Origin: Candidatus Iainarchaeum sp.
GTDB lineage: Archaea > Iainarchaeota > Iainarchaeia > Iainarchaeales > JAAZKV01
Direction of reading: 5' to 3'
DNA length: 64,000 nt
Assembly: GCA_026397015.1 (NCBI GenBank)
Contig: JAPLVR010000006.1
Location: forward strand, 96,001 to 160,000
Positions within the stretch are counted from its first letter, which is position 1. Each line of letters opens with the position of its first letter. Positions 1-9,098 of the stretch are shown here, in pieces. The position numbers and the translations under genes were made by a program. The notes beneath the pieces are model-generated. The model was given only the letters and a program-made list of their open reading frames with translations, did not search any database and was not told the DNA's origin.

Positions 1-839
1 ATTTCATCAAGGGTAAGCTGTTTTTTGAACCCCAAACGGGCAACTTCCTTGAAGTAAGTCTGAATTATTTTGAAAGCAATCTCTTCTTCGCTCTCGCCCA
101 AAAGATTCTCCACTTCATCTCTTGAAACGGTTCGTGAACTCGAAATAACGGACTGCATTATTGAGCGTATTTGTGCAGGAGTAACGGCTTCGGAAGAAGT
201 CGAAATGGTTGTCGTCCTTCGAATTTTGGCTGGACGCACTTTGTGCACCCTGCGCACCCCCCTCACAATCTTTACAACTCTTTTAACCCTTCTCCTTTTA
301 GGTTTGATAATAATCTTTCTTGTTCTGTATCTCAACTTGGTAATAACCCTCGGCTTGGATTTTATATTCCTTGTTCTGTATCTCAACTTAGTAATAACCC
401 TCGGCTTGGATTTTATCCTTCTGACCTTAACAACCGTTTTCGTAACAGTCCTGGTTTTGCCTTTCCTGCCAAGCTTGCCTGCTTTTGCAAGCCTCCACAA
501 CGCAACCGCCTGCTTGAAGGTCTTTCCCAAACGCATCTGGGAACCGATGAATTGATTGTAGGCGGAAGGCCTTCGCTTGGTTTTGTTCAAAAGAGCTTTG
601 TATTTGTTCCACTCTTTTACGGCTTTCGCAAAGGTGGCGCCCGCAAGTATCTGCCTTTTAATAAAAAAATTGTATTCTGAAACGTGCTTTGAAGGCATTT
701 TCTTTTTTTTCTTCAATTTTTCTATTTCAACTTTAAGTTTGTTAATCTCCTTCCCCTGTTCCGCGGTTTTCTTCCGCGCCTTCACAGCCGCTTTCTTCGC
801 AGATTTTATTTCCTTCCTGCCCTTCCTGTCAACAGCCAA
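1..839 (-). CDS. Highly basic putative nucleic-acid-binding protein with two HMG-box/YABBY-like motifs (3' end runs off window)
   Basis: Not in the ORF track; translated by hand. TTG at 839 follows GGTGA and the frame stays open to base 1. Reads MAVDRKGRKEIKSAKK...SEYNFFIKRQILAGATFAKAVKEW...RPSAYNQFIGSQMRLGKTFKQAVALW... The + strand ORFs 70-555 and 577-921 are its antisense shadows. Confidence 0.8.
   Translation of the reverse strand, partial: MAVDRKGRKEIKSAKKAAVKARKKTAEQGKEINKLKVEIEKLKKKKKMPSKHVSEYNFFIKRQILAGATFAKAVKEWNKYKALLNKTKRRPSAYNQFIGSQMRLGKTFKQAVALWRLAKAGKLGRKGKTRTVTKTVVKVRRIKSKPRVITKLRYRTRNIKSKPRVITKLRYRTRKIIIKPKRRRVKRVVKIVRGVRRVHKVRPAKIRRTTTISTSSEAVTPAQIRSIMQSVISSSRTVSRDEVENLLGESEEEIAFKIIQTYFKEVARLGFKKQLTLDE
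319..416. repeat. Two-copy in-frame tandem repeat, 51-bp period (IKSKPRVITKLRYRTR)
   Basis: 319-365 and 370-416 are identical over 47 bp except one base. Confidence 0.9.
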
Positions 840-1037
840 ATCAATTCACCCGTACAAAATAAATTTTAGCTCGGGCTTAAAACGATGCCCGATAAAGTAT
901 CTCGACCAAAAGGGTATATAAAAGTTTCCTTTTAACTGGAAAAGGTGAATGGTCCGCATTTTGCAACTTTTTGCCATAGCTTTTTCGAAAACGACCGAAA
1001 TAGTGTTTTTTAAACAATCATTCCACAAATTGAAACC

Positions 1038-1184
1038 ATGAGCATAAAACCAAAGTGCGACAAATGCGGAAAGGAATTAACCGAATTCGGGGGCATCCTT
1101 TTTGGGCCGCCAAATAGAAACTCAAAAGTCAAAAAGCACCACTTGTGCAGGAAATGCTACAAAAAAATCGCTGCGGAACTTTAA
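1038..1184 (+). CDS. 48-aa zinc-finger-like protein (CxxC...CxxC)
   Basis: Below the ORF-track length cutoff. MSIKPKCDKCGKELTEFGGILFGPPNRNSKVKKHHLCRKCYKKIAAEL, ATG to TAA. Confidence 0.75.
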   Translation: MSIKPKCDKCGKELTEFGGILFGPPNRNSKVKKHHLCRKCYKKIAAEL

Positions 1185-1252
1185 AAAACAACAAAACCCA
1201 AAAAAACAGCCCAAAGGCAAAAGTTAAATACCAATAAAGAAATAATCCTTGC

Positions 1253-1933
1253 ATGCGGAGAATATTCAGGCGCGGAATCGCGCGCCCAAAAAAAAGGAAA
1301 TTTTTCAGAAAGGCGTTCAGGGCGATTGCCCTCGCCGGGCTGCTTGGCGCAACGGCGGGGTGCGCGCCCCCGCGAAACGCGATAATCATAAGGGGAAGGA
1401 TGGGGAAAGCCGCAGCCAAAAGGGAGCAAAAAGAACTCATTGAAAAGCTCGGGCTGGAAAGGACATGTATGCTTTACGAAAGGAAGGTGAAGCACGAGAT
1501 ACTTATGGATGAACTTAATAAGGAAAGCCGGGACATCATCAAAACGGAAAAGGAAAGCCAGGACATTATCAAAATGGAACAGGAACTTGGCAAATCAACA
1601 AGCCTAAAGAGGAAACTGAATGTGCTGGAAGAGAAATTTGAATTATTAAAAAGAAAATACCTAGAATACCAAGGCAGGTTCGAGGAAAAGGAGCAGAAGA
1701 TAATAACAAACATACAGGAGGGGCACTACATACTCCTTTACCCGGAAGAGTACAAAAAAGAACTCGGAAAATACGTGAAAGAAAATAAGCGCGAGCCGAA
1801 TGAAAACGAGCTGAAATCAATAGTGAAAAAGGCATCGTACCTGGCATGGCTTCAAGCGAGGGTTGCAGCCAAAAATGAATGGGAAGAATTCGTTCAATAT
1901 CTGATAAAAATCAACAAAAAAAAGGCTAAATAA
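1253..1933 (+). CDS. Hypothetical coiled-coil protein with basic N-terminus and lipobox-like signal
   Basis: 226 aa. RR-rich N-region, hydrophobic AIALAGLLGATAGC, then E/K-rich helices. Confidence 0.7.
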   Translation: MRRIFRRGIARPKKRKFFRKAFRAIALAGLLGATAGCAPPRNAIIIRGRMGKAAAKREQKELIEKLGLERTCMLYERKVKHEILMDELNKESRDIIKTEKESQDIIKMEQELGKSTSLKRKLNVLEEKFELLKRKYLEYQGRFEEKEQKIITNIQEGHYILLYPEEYKKELGKYVKENKREPNENELKSIVKKASYLAWLQARVAAKNEWEEFVQYLIKINKKKAK

Positions 1934-2013
1934 AATAACGGAAAAAAAATCCGGATAAAGGCTGCCGATAAAAAATAATTCCGTGCCGGCAAAATAAAAT
2001 AATCGGAAAAAAA

Positions 2014-3084
2014 TTACCTCGCCGCCTTCGAAATCAGCCTGGTAAACCCCCTTCCCTTTTGCACGCGCCGCGCCCTCAAAATTCCCTTTCCCTCCAAATC
2101 AGAAACCGCCTTGCGGAGGGTACGCTCCGAAAACTTCCTGCCAAGCGCCTTGTAAACCGCGCCAGCATCCACTTCCCCGCCCGCAACAAAGTTGAGGACC
2201 AAAAATTCCTGTTCCGAAAGGTTTTCCGCAATCTCGAACTTCACGGGTTTCTCCTGCATGAAAGAAGCGCGCACATGCTTCAACTGAACCTGCTTTGCGT
2301 TTTCCCTCTCCGCCAGGCGCGCCGCCTTCAGAAGCACTGTTATTGCTATCCGCGCATCGCCCCCGTTCTTTGCCGCGTGAGCGGCGCAAAGCGGAATCAC
2401 TTCGTTTTCGAGAGCGTTGCCGAAGAATGCGTACTGCGCCCTTTCCTTCAAAATCTCCTTCAATTCGATTGGTGAATACTTTTCAAATGAGAGGTGCGAC
2501 GCCTGGAGCGAACTTCTCACCCTTTCGTCAATTGCGGAAAGGAAGAAGGCGTCGTTGGAAATGAAAACCATCCCGAGGAAAAGGCCCTTTTCCTCGCCAA
2601 GCCTGGAAAAATCATAAAGCAGTTTTTTTGAATCATCCGTTTTCAGCAGCTGCTCGGCCTCGTCAAAAACGATTATCGGAATGACTTTTTTCGATTTGAG
2701 AAGCGCGACAAGCCTTTCATAAACCTCTTCGCTTCCAAGCCCCCTTTCCGGCACCGGATAGCCTAAAGAGTTGACCGTTTTAACAAGAATCCCGTTGCGG
2801 GTGGATTTTTCAAAGCAATTAATGTAAACGCATTTCGCCCTGTCTGAAAACTCCTCCAATTCGTGAAGCACATATTTCAGGGTAACGGTTTTTCCGGTTC
2901 CGGGAAAACCCGAAACAAAAATATTGCCCGGCTTTCTGCCCATGGTTGCCGGCTTCAGCGCAAAAACAAGTTCGCTTATTTCCCTTTCACGGAAAGGAAG
3001 CCTCTCCGGAACAAACTCCGGATAAAGATAGCGCTCGTCTTTAAGTATTCCTTTTTCATCTGACTTTTCAAAAGGATTCGCCAT
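2014..3084 (-). CDS. cdc6: Orc1/Cdc6 replication initiator AAA+ ATPase
   Basis: FVPERLPFRE, Walker A GFPGTGKT, YINC, GDARIAI sensor-2, C-terminal winged-helix-like region. Confidence 0.93.
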   Translation of the reverse strand: MANPFEKSDEKGILKDERYLYPEFVPERLPFREREISELVFALKPATMGRKPGNIFVSGFPGTGKTVTLKYVLHELEEFSDRAKCVYINCFEKSTRNGILVKTVNSLGYPVPERGLGSEEVYERLVALLKSKKVIPIIVFDEAEQLLKTDDSKKLLYDFSRLGEEKGLFLGMVFISNDAFFLSAIDERVRSSLQASHLSFEKYSPIELKEILKERAQYAFFGNALENEVIPLCAAHAAKNGGDARIAITVLLKAARLAERENAKQVQLKHVRASFMQEKPVKFEIAENLSEQEFLVLNFVAGGEVDAGAVYKALGRKFSERTLRKAVSDLEGKGILRARRVQKGRGFTRLISKAAR

Positions 3085-3145
3085 ATGTGAAAAGTTGTGG
3101 CAAAGTAATTAAAACAATGCCCGTTTTCAGGCAATCGTCTAAAGA

Positions 3146-4801
3146 TTAGTTAAGCGGGAACTCCAAAAGCGCAACCTGATTTTTTATGCCGAAATTTTCG
3201 AGCGTTTTTTTGTTTATTTCGCCGATGAAACCTTTTTTGCCATTCACAATTATTTCCGCGCAATTCTCACCCATAAAAGGGAACTCCTTCCTGCGAAGTT
3301 CGACCTTTAAATTCAAATAATTACAAATAGAAACCAGCGCTGATTTTATGTCGGTGAAATTGACTTTTGAAGAGGAAAGCGCAACACACAAATTAGTAGT
3401 TTGTTTTACCCCATTAGGCGCGTCTTTGTCCAGCTCCAAACATGTGCCAACTTCGAATATTCTCTGCGGATAAAGCTCGGACTTGTTTTTTGCAAGGAAA
3501 TTAACCAGCTGCGGGGCAAGCCTTTTCCTCAATATCCCGTAATTAAGAGAAACAGGGTTTGCAATTTCGACAAACTGTTCATCAATGTGAAAATTTTTTC
3601 CCTGAATTTCCTTTGAGGTCAGGTTATAGGTCAGAACTTCCTGCAAACCTATTCCGACACAAGCGTCCCTCGCAGAATCAAACAAACTAATTTCCTTCAG
3701 CTGCGAACCGATGACGCTCATCTTAATCTGCCTTGGAACAATTTTGTTGAAACCATAGGAAATGAGCAAATCCTCTATAACATCAACGGGATGCAAAATA
3801 TCCGTCCTACAAGAAGAATATTCCACAACAATTTTTTTCGCATCAATTTTCACATTATAGCGGGCACGCTCAAGCAGTTCTTTTACCTTCGCATCATTCA
3901 ACTTCAAACCGGTTTTCTTTTCAACCAACGCCTTTTCAAAAGAAATTTTTTTAGTTAAAAAGCGGGGGGTTTTCAAAAAAGTTTTGGGGTAAATTTTTCC
4001 TTTCGAATAATTTATTTTGCAAGAATATATTTTTCCGCCGCGGTCGGCAAGAGCCATGCACATCACCTCGAGCGCTGTTTCAATGGTCTCGAGCGAAAAT
4101 CCGGTAACCTCAACAAAAAGGTTCTTTGTTTTTTCAGTAACCTTTCCGGTAGCGTTCGAATTTATTATCGGGGGCATGGAAGCAACCATTTTATTAGCAT
4201 CCATTACAATCGGATAAACCGCCGAACCCTGGACCAGCCAGCCATAAATTTTTCCCTTTTCGTGCTGGGAAATAATCTCGCTTGGCCTCATCGGAACTTT
4301 CCATTCCAAAGGAACGAATTCTATTTCATTGTCCTTAAATCCCTTGTAATAAACCGGAGGCTTCATCACGTCAAAATCATAAAGCCCTATTGCGGCTTCC
4401 TTCCTTTTTCGACCGAACGTTTCGCAAATCTTTTCCTGGAGCTGGACCATTTGAACAACAAAATCGCCATCAACTTTTACGCCCTTAAGAACAGCGCATG
4501 CAATGAACGGCCTCACTTTCTCGAGATTTGAATCAACAAAAACATTTACGCTACTTTCTCCCACCACATATTTTCTAATTCCTTTCTCTTTTCCAATGCG
4601 CGCCCTTATTTCGCGCGCCAATCCTTCGGTGCTCCACAAATCCGGCCTGTTGGTTTCTTTGCAATCCACTTTCAAATTATTTCCATCAACAGAATCTATT
4701 TCGCACTTGACATACTCCAAAACTTCTTCCAGTCCCTGCTCATCAAATTTTTTTCCGACCAACTTTTCGAAATCCTTTTTTGAAACATCAAGCGTCGGCA
4801 T
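3146..4801 (-). CDS. pheT: Phenylalanine--tRNA ligase beta subunit (archaeal type)
   Basis: MPT start, NRPDLWSTEGLAR, SMPPIINS, RTDILHPVDVIED. Confidence 0.97.
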   Translation of the reverse strand: MPTLDVSKKDFEKLVGKKFDEQGLEEVLEYVKCEIDSVDGNNLKVDCKETNRPDLWSTEGLAREIRARIGKEKGIRKYVVGESSVNVFVDSNLEKVRPFIACAVLKGVKVDGDFVVQMVQLQEKICETFGRKRKEAAIGLYDFDVMKPPVYYKGFKDNEIEFVPLEWKVPMRPSEIISQHEKGKIYGWLVQGSAVYPIVMDANKMVASMPPIINSNATGKVTEKTKNLFVEVTGFSLETIETALEVMCMALADRGGKIYSCKINYSKGKIYPKTFLKTPRFLTKKISFEKALVEKKTGLKLNDAKVKELLERARYNVKIDAKKIVVEYSSCRTDILHPVDVIEDLLISYGFNKIVPRQIKMSVIGSQLKEISLFDSARDACVGIGLQEVLTYNLTSKEIQGKNFHIDEQFVEIANPVSLNYGILRKRLAPQLVNFLAKNKSELYPQRIFEVGTCLELDKDAPNGVKQTTNLCVALSSSKVNFTDIKSALVSICNYLNLKVELRRKEFPFMGENCAEIIVNGKKGFIGEINKKTLENFGIKNQVALLEFPLN

Positions 4802-6255
4802 TAAAGCATCACCGCCTTTGCTTTTCTCAAATAGCCCAAGTTTTCTGAAAACAAATCCCTTATGTCTCTGGTGCCGAGCTTGAACATCGCTAACCTGTCA
4901 ATACCGATTCCCCACGCAATCGCCTCTCCTTTGATTCCCAAGTTTTTAAGCATCTCGGGCCTGAACATTCCTGCGCCGGCAAACTCTACCCAACCCATTT
5001 CAGGGTGTTTCGCGCTCAGCTGGACGGAAGGCTCGGTAAAAGGATAATAATCAGGAATAAATTTCACTTTTTTCGCGCCGGCGATTTCCACGGCGAATTC
5101 TTCAAGCATTCCAAGCAAGTGTCCGAAATTTAAATCATCGCCAACAATAAAACCTTCCAGCTGATTGAACTCGATCAGATGCGTTGCATCCAAAACATCC
5201 GGACGGAAACAGCGCGCAATCGCAAAATACTTGCGCGGCATTTCAACGCCCTCAACAAGCTGCCTGGCGCTGTGCGCCGTCCCATGCGCGGCAGGCATCA
5301 AGCGTTTCGCAATTTCTTCGTTCCAGTTATACCTCCACCCAGTGCTTGCCGAAACGCCGCCGTTCTCGTGCGCGGCTTTTACCGCTTTTACTTTTTCCGC
5401 GGAAGGCAAAACGCCGAAGCGCGGCTGTTTCAAATGATAGGTATCGGTCCATGCCCGCGCAGGATGATTCTGCGGCTGGAACAAAACATCAAAATTGTAA
5501 AATTCCGGAACAATCAGCGGAGCATTCATCTCTTTGAAACCGAGGGCGACAAGCTTCTGCCTTATCTGATTCAGAAATTGGACATAAGGCGCCTTCTTTC
5601 CCAAAAACAATTCTGGAACAGGCGCTTCAACATCGAACTCTCTTGAAACCTTCTGTGTCGACAATATTTCGCGCGCGGCCTTTCCGGAATTCGTGATTGA
5701 AATTTTTCTTTCGATGAATTCTTTTTTCTCGACCAAACCTCGTTTAAACAATTCTAACGCTTCAACTTTTTTCCCCTCCGAAATTGATTCAAGCAGGTTC
5801 TGTTCTTCAAAAGTTTCCTGGCTTTTTGCAACGCCCGTTTCTTCAATTACCCCGTTCACGATTGTGATGAATGCCTTCTTTTTATTTATCCCGAGCGCCG
5901 CGTTGAATTCTTGGACATCCAACTTTGACTCTTCCATCAAATCTTTGAAGCCGGCCTTTCCACCGAGCTTTGTAAGGACCTCAAGAAAAATATTTTCAGG
6001 CATTCCCTTCTCAAGCGCTGTTTTTCCAGCCGCAGTTAAAAAAAGTTTTTCTGAGCGCGTTTCAGAAATTTTTGCGAACCCTTTTTCGGCAAGCCACGCG
6101 CAAGCCCTGCGCACCGAGTCAATCGACAAAGCCGCTTCGGACGCGATTTCCTCGAAGCTTTTTTCCGAATCGCCGATCCCTAAAATGGCTTTTCGTTCTA
6201 TGTCGCTAAGCTCCCTAATCCTGCCCAAATCGCCAGTTTTTCCAGCCATCAACAA
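4801..6255 (-). CDS. pheS: Phenylalanine--tRNA ligase alpha subunit
   Basis: NFDVLFQPQNHPAR, DATHLIEFNQLEG, YYPFTEPS, GAGMFRPE, WGIGIDRLAM. Confidence 0.97.
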   Translation of the reverse strand: MLMAGKTGDLGRIRELSDIERKAILGIGDSEKSFEEIASEAALSIDSVRRACAWLAEKGFAKISETRSEKLFLTAAGKTALEKGMPENIFLEVLTKLGGKAGFKDLMEESKLDVQEFNAALGINKKKAFITIVNGVIEETGVAKSQETFEEQNLLESISEGKKVEALELFKRGLVEKKEFIERKISITNSGKAAREILSTQKVSREFDVEAPVPELFLGKKAPYVQFLNQIRQKLVALGFKEMNAPLIVPEFYNFDVLFQPQNHPARAWTDTYHLKQPRFGVLPSAEKVKAVKAAHENGGVSASTGWRYNWNEEIAKRLMPAAHGTAHSARQLVEGVEMPRKYFAIARCFRPDVLDATHLIEFNQLEGFIVGDDLNFGHLLGMLEEFAVEIAGAKKVKFIPDYYPFTEPSVQLSAKHPEMGWVEFAGAGMFRPEMLKNLGIKGEAIAWGIGIDRLAMFKLGTRDIRDLFSENLGYLRKAKAVML

Positions 6256-6411
6256 GATAAGCTTATTTGTTATTTTAAAGGTTTCCAGTGCGGCAGACTA
6301 AAAAAACAGCAAGTTATTTAAGGAGTAAAAACAATAAATTTGGTTGGCATAGGTGCTTTAGATGGGCGACGATTCCGGTTAGTTGAATGGAATTAAAGAA
6401 CGCTAATTCAA

Positions 6412-6693
6412 ATGGCGAAAATTATGGCCGATGAGAAAGAGGGCGGGAAGGTTGACGGCCTTTTTAATGGAATTAAAAAATATGTTTCTGAAAGAATAGG
6501 CACTTTTGTTGCATTTCTTTTTTTTCTTGTCGCACTCGGTGCCTTCATGGCGATGGTCGTGATGAAAAAGTGGCCCGAATATACATATTTGACCGTAATA
6601 ATTCCGATAATCGCCGGAATCACTTCATACTATAACAGGGCGGTTGCGCTCGGATTGTTTTTACTCATAGCCTTTTTTGTATTCATTTTGTGA
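6412..6693 (+). CDS. Small membrane protein (about 3 TM)
   Basis: 93 aa with hydrophobic segments. Confidence 0.7.
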   Translation: MAKIMADEKEGGKVDGLFNGIKKYVSERIGTFVAFLFFLVALGAFMAMVVMKKWPEYTYLTVIIPIIAGITSYYNRAVALGLFLLIAFFVFIL

Positions 6694-6775
6694 TTCTTTT
6701 CTGAAAAAATCACGAGATTTCAGCAATCAACGAACTTTTGGAAAATCTTTTAAAGCCCGGGAAAAAAATCTTCTT

Positions 6776-7294
6776 ATGCGCGGCATCTTCTGTTTCAGCA
6801 TTACTCTGGTTATGCTCGCAATACTGCTCAACTTTTCGATTATTGAAAATGGGTTTTACTCAAAACTGGAAAAAGGCAAGAGCGCATTGATTGAAATGGA
6901 AAGCGGGAACAAAGAAAGAACCATAATTGAAAATAATGTCGACAAAATTGTGAGCACAGAAATAGCCGAGCAGATTGAAAATGGAAACCTCAATTCCGAA
7001 TCAATAAAAGACGAGATAAATTCTTCCCTCGCCGGCTATCTCAAAGGCAGGGCGAATGCTTCAACAATCTTCTCAAAAACACAGGGCTCAACAATAACAA
7101 AAGAATTTCTAAATGGCAACAGCAACGCCTTCATACTTGAACTTGGTGGAAAAAAATATGGAGAATATTCGTTTGCTTCAAACGCCGAAAAAACAAACAT
7201 CGTCTCGAAAACTTTCGGCAATAACGCAAAAGCCATTTTTACAATTCCCATTGACTACACAATCAGAAAACTAGCAGGGGGCGTAAAAAATTGA
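6776..7294 (+). CDS. Pilin-like protein (class III-type N-terminus MRG-IFCFSITLV)
   Basis: Likely ATG at 6776 within ORF 6677-7294. Single N-terminal hydrophobic helix; first of four overlapping genes. Confidence 0.65.
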   Translation: MRGIFCFSITLVMLAILLNFSIIENGFYSKLEKGKSALIEMESGNKERTIIENNVDKIVSTEIAEQIENGNLNSESIKDEINSSLAGYLKGRANASTIFSKTQGSTITKEFLNGNSNAFILELGGKKYGEYSFASNAEKTNIVSKTFGNNAKAIFTIPIDYTIRKLAGGVKN

Positions 7295-7617
7295 GCACAC
7301 TCGAAGCGTTAATTTCATTGATTGCTTTGCTTGCATTCATTGGAACAATGCTTGCAGTGCTTTCGCAGCAGAAAGAAAGCATCCTTCTTGCGGAAGCCTC
7401 GGTAAATGCAAAAGCCGACTCGTTTTTTTGCGCATTAACAATCGATTCAATTTATTCCAACAGCATTGATTCATACTCGCAAAAAATTTTATGTTCTATT
7501 GGCCGGAAAAAAACAAGTGCAACTTCCAATAGAACTCTGAAAGAAACGGAGACTTTGGCGGAAGCCGAAAGCGGCTTTGAGACGGCGGTGAAATCGTTTG
7601 GGCATTATATCAAGTAA
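7291..7617 (+). CDS. Pilin-like protein (STLEALISL N-terminal helix)
   Basis: Pilin-like SxxE plus hydrophobic helix; lacks a basic leader; overlaps both neighbours. Confidence 0.6.
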   Translation: MSTLEALISLIALLAFIGTMLAVLSQQKESILLAEASVNAKADSFFCALTIDSIYSNSIDSYSQKILCSIGRKKTSATSNRTLKETETLAEAESGFETAVKSFGHYIK

Positions 7618-8062
7618 AGGGATGTTATTCTCAATCGATACAATAATTGCTTCAACGATTATTCTTCTTTCGCTTCTTGTTTTTTTCACGGCGCTTGAAA
7701 ATCACACAAGCGAAATAAGCGGAACGGGCGAAAAAATCTTCCTTGAGGAAAAAACCATCTTCGTGGCGGATTCATTTGTGAAAAATTACGATCCTGAAAA
7801 CGGGCTGCTTGGAGCCTGCGTCCCAGATTATGAAAAAAAGCGTGTGCGGTCAAACGAAATCTCATCGGCAAATTTTTTGAACATTAAGCTCGTTGAAATC
7901 GACAAATTTTTTGTAAAAAAAATTTCATTCAAAAACCGCACAACAGACACAACTGTTTTTTCAACCGAAAAAAAAGGAAAGGAGTGCATAGTGGCAAAGA
8001 GATTTGCGCTTATTGATTCCGAAAAAGCGGTTATTGAAATAATGGGGTGCCTGCTTGAGTAA
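7598..8062 (+). CDS. Pilin-like protein (KG-MLFSIDTIIA)
   Basis: Class III-like cleavage motif followed by a hydrophobic helix. Confidence 0.7.
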   Translation: MGIISSKGMLFSIDTIIASTIILLSLLVFFTALENHTSEISGTGEKIFLEEKTIFVADSFVKNYDPENGLLGACVPDYEKKRVRSNEISSANFLNIKLVEIDKFFVKKISFKNRTTDTTVFSTEKKGKECIVAKRFALIDSEKAVIEIMGCLLE

Positions 8063-8399
8063 AGGGTTTATACTTTCAATCGAAGCAACAATTTCAATCC
8101 TTCTTCTTGGGCTTGCCCTCGCCACCATGTTTCAGCACCAAAGCTTTTCGTTCAAGGAAATAACCGTTTTGCAGCAGGAAAACGACCTGCTGAAAATATG
8201 GGGAATCAAATTCCCATCCGACTCTGAAATGATTTTCGATGCGAAAAAAATGTTCGGGGAAAATTTCGATATTTTTGTCGACGGGAAACAAATCTTTGCC
8301 TCAAAGGAACTGCACAAAAACTGCGTTTCAAGCGAGGCAACAATTTTGGACGATTCGCTCAAAGAAAAAAATTTTTTAATAAAGGTTTATTTTGAATAG
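8055..8399 (+). CDS. Pilin-like protein (KG-FILSIEATISI)
   Basis: Class III-like cleavage motif followed by a hydrophobic helix. Confidence 0.7.
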   Translation: MSKGFILSIEATISILLLGLALATMFQHQSFSFKEITVLQQENDLLKIWGIKFPSDSEMIFDAKKMFGENFDIFVDGKQIFASKELHKNCVSSEATILDDSLKEKNFLIKVYFE

Positions 8400-8788
8400 G
8401 CGCGCAACCCCACTATGCCGTTGCTTTTTTCGATTTCAACGACAAATTTTTTTGTAAATTCCTGCCTTTGCAGGTTTTGGCCCTCACCAAGAATCGCCTC
8501 AAATGTTTGCGAAGGGCTTGCAAAAAAAACAATTTTTCCTTCCGATGAAATGGTTATTTTCCGCGCGGGAACAAATTCGAAAACCTCCTTTGAACCGTCG
8601 CCAAGAAATTCGAAAAAACTCGCTTTTTCCTGGACAGTTTCCGCGATTTGCTTCGCCAGTGCGGAATCACCCGCGTCAAAAAATGCTTCCATGGAATAGG
8701 AAATCGCCGGCAGTATTATTGCGAACGCCGAGAAGAAGCCGAGCAACAAAAGCAGGAACTCCAGCGAACTCTGGCCCCTTTGCCTCAT
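8387..8788 (-). CDS. Class III signal peptide (type IV pilin-like) protein
   Basis: MRQRG-QSSLEFLLLL, canonical G-QxSxE motif. Confidence 0.8.
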   Translation of the reverse strand: MRQRGQSSLEFLLLLLGFFSAFAIILPAISYSMEAFFDAGDSALAKQIAETVQEKASFFEFLGDGSKEVFEFVPARKITISSEGKIVFFASPSQTFEAILGEGQNLQRQEFTKKFVVEIEKSNGIVGLRAYSK

Positions 8789-8976
8789 ATGTCATCAATC
8801 TTCTTGAACACTTCGTCGGCGGTTTTCTTCAACTTGTCTGAACCTTCTGCGGACGTTTCCTGCAGCTGATTCACCAGCAGAAGGACAACCGCGACAACCG
8901 CCGCCAGCACAATTATCAGCTCGACGGAAATCTGCGCTTCTTCCTCTTTAAAAATTTCATCAAAAAATTTCTCCAT
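8785..8976 (-). CDS. Short class III signal pilin
   Basis: EEA-QISVELIIVLAAVVAVV; 63 aa. Confidence 0.8.
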   Translation of the reverse strand: MEKFFDEIFKEEEAQISVELIIVLAAVVAVVLLLVNQLQETSAEGSDKLKKTADEVFKKIDDI

Positions 8977-9098
8977 AAAGTAAGCCTTCTTTTTGTATTT
9001 AAAAAGATTCGGTTTTTTTCGTTGCGAGACGAAGATGAAAAAATTGTTCTGAAGGGGTTTGTTTACTTTTTTAAATCTGTCGCAAATTGGTTCTTCCT

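Noticed and set aside
70-921. + strand ORFs 70-555, 171-680 and 577-921 (and the many similar overlapping ORFs in the track)
   Set aside because: Antisense or alternate-frame shadows of real lysine-rich genes; F/L/S-rich with no motifs.
850-3145. Replication origin (ORB elements) near cdc6
   Set aside because: Only one weak TTCCACAAATTGAAAC-like site near 1021; no repeated ORB or G-string.
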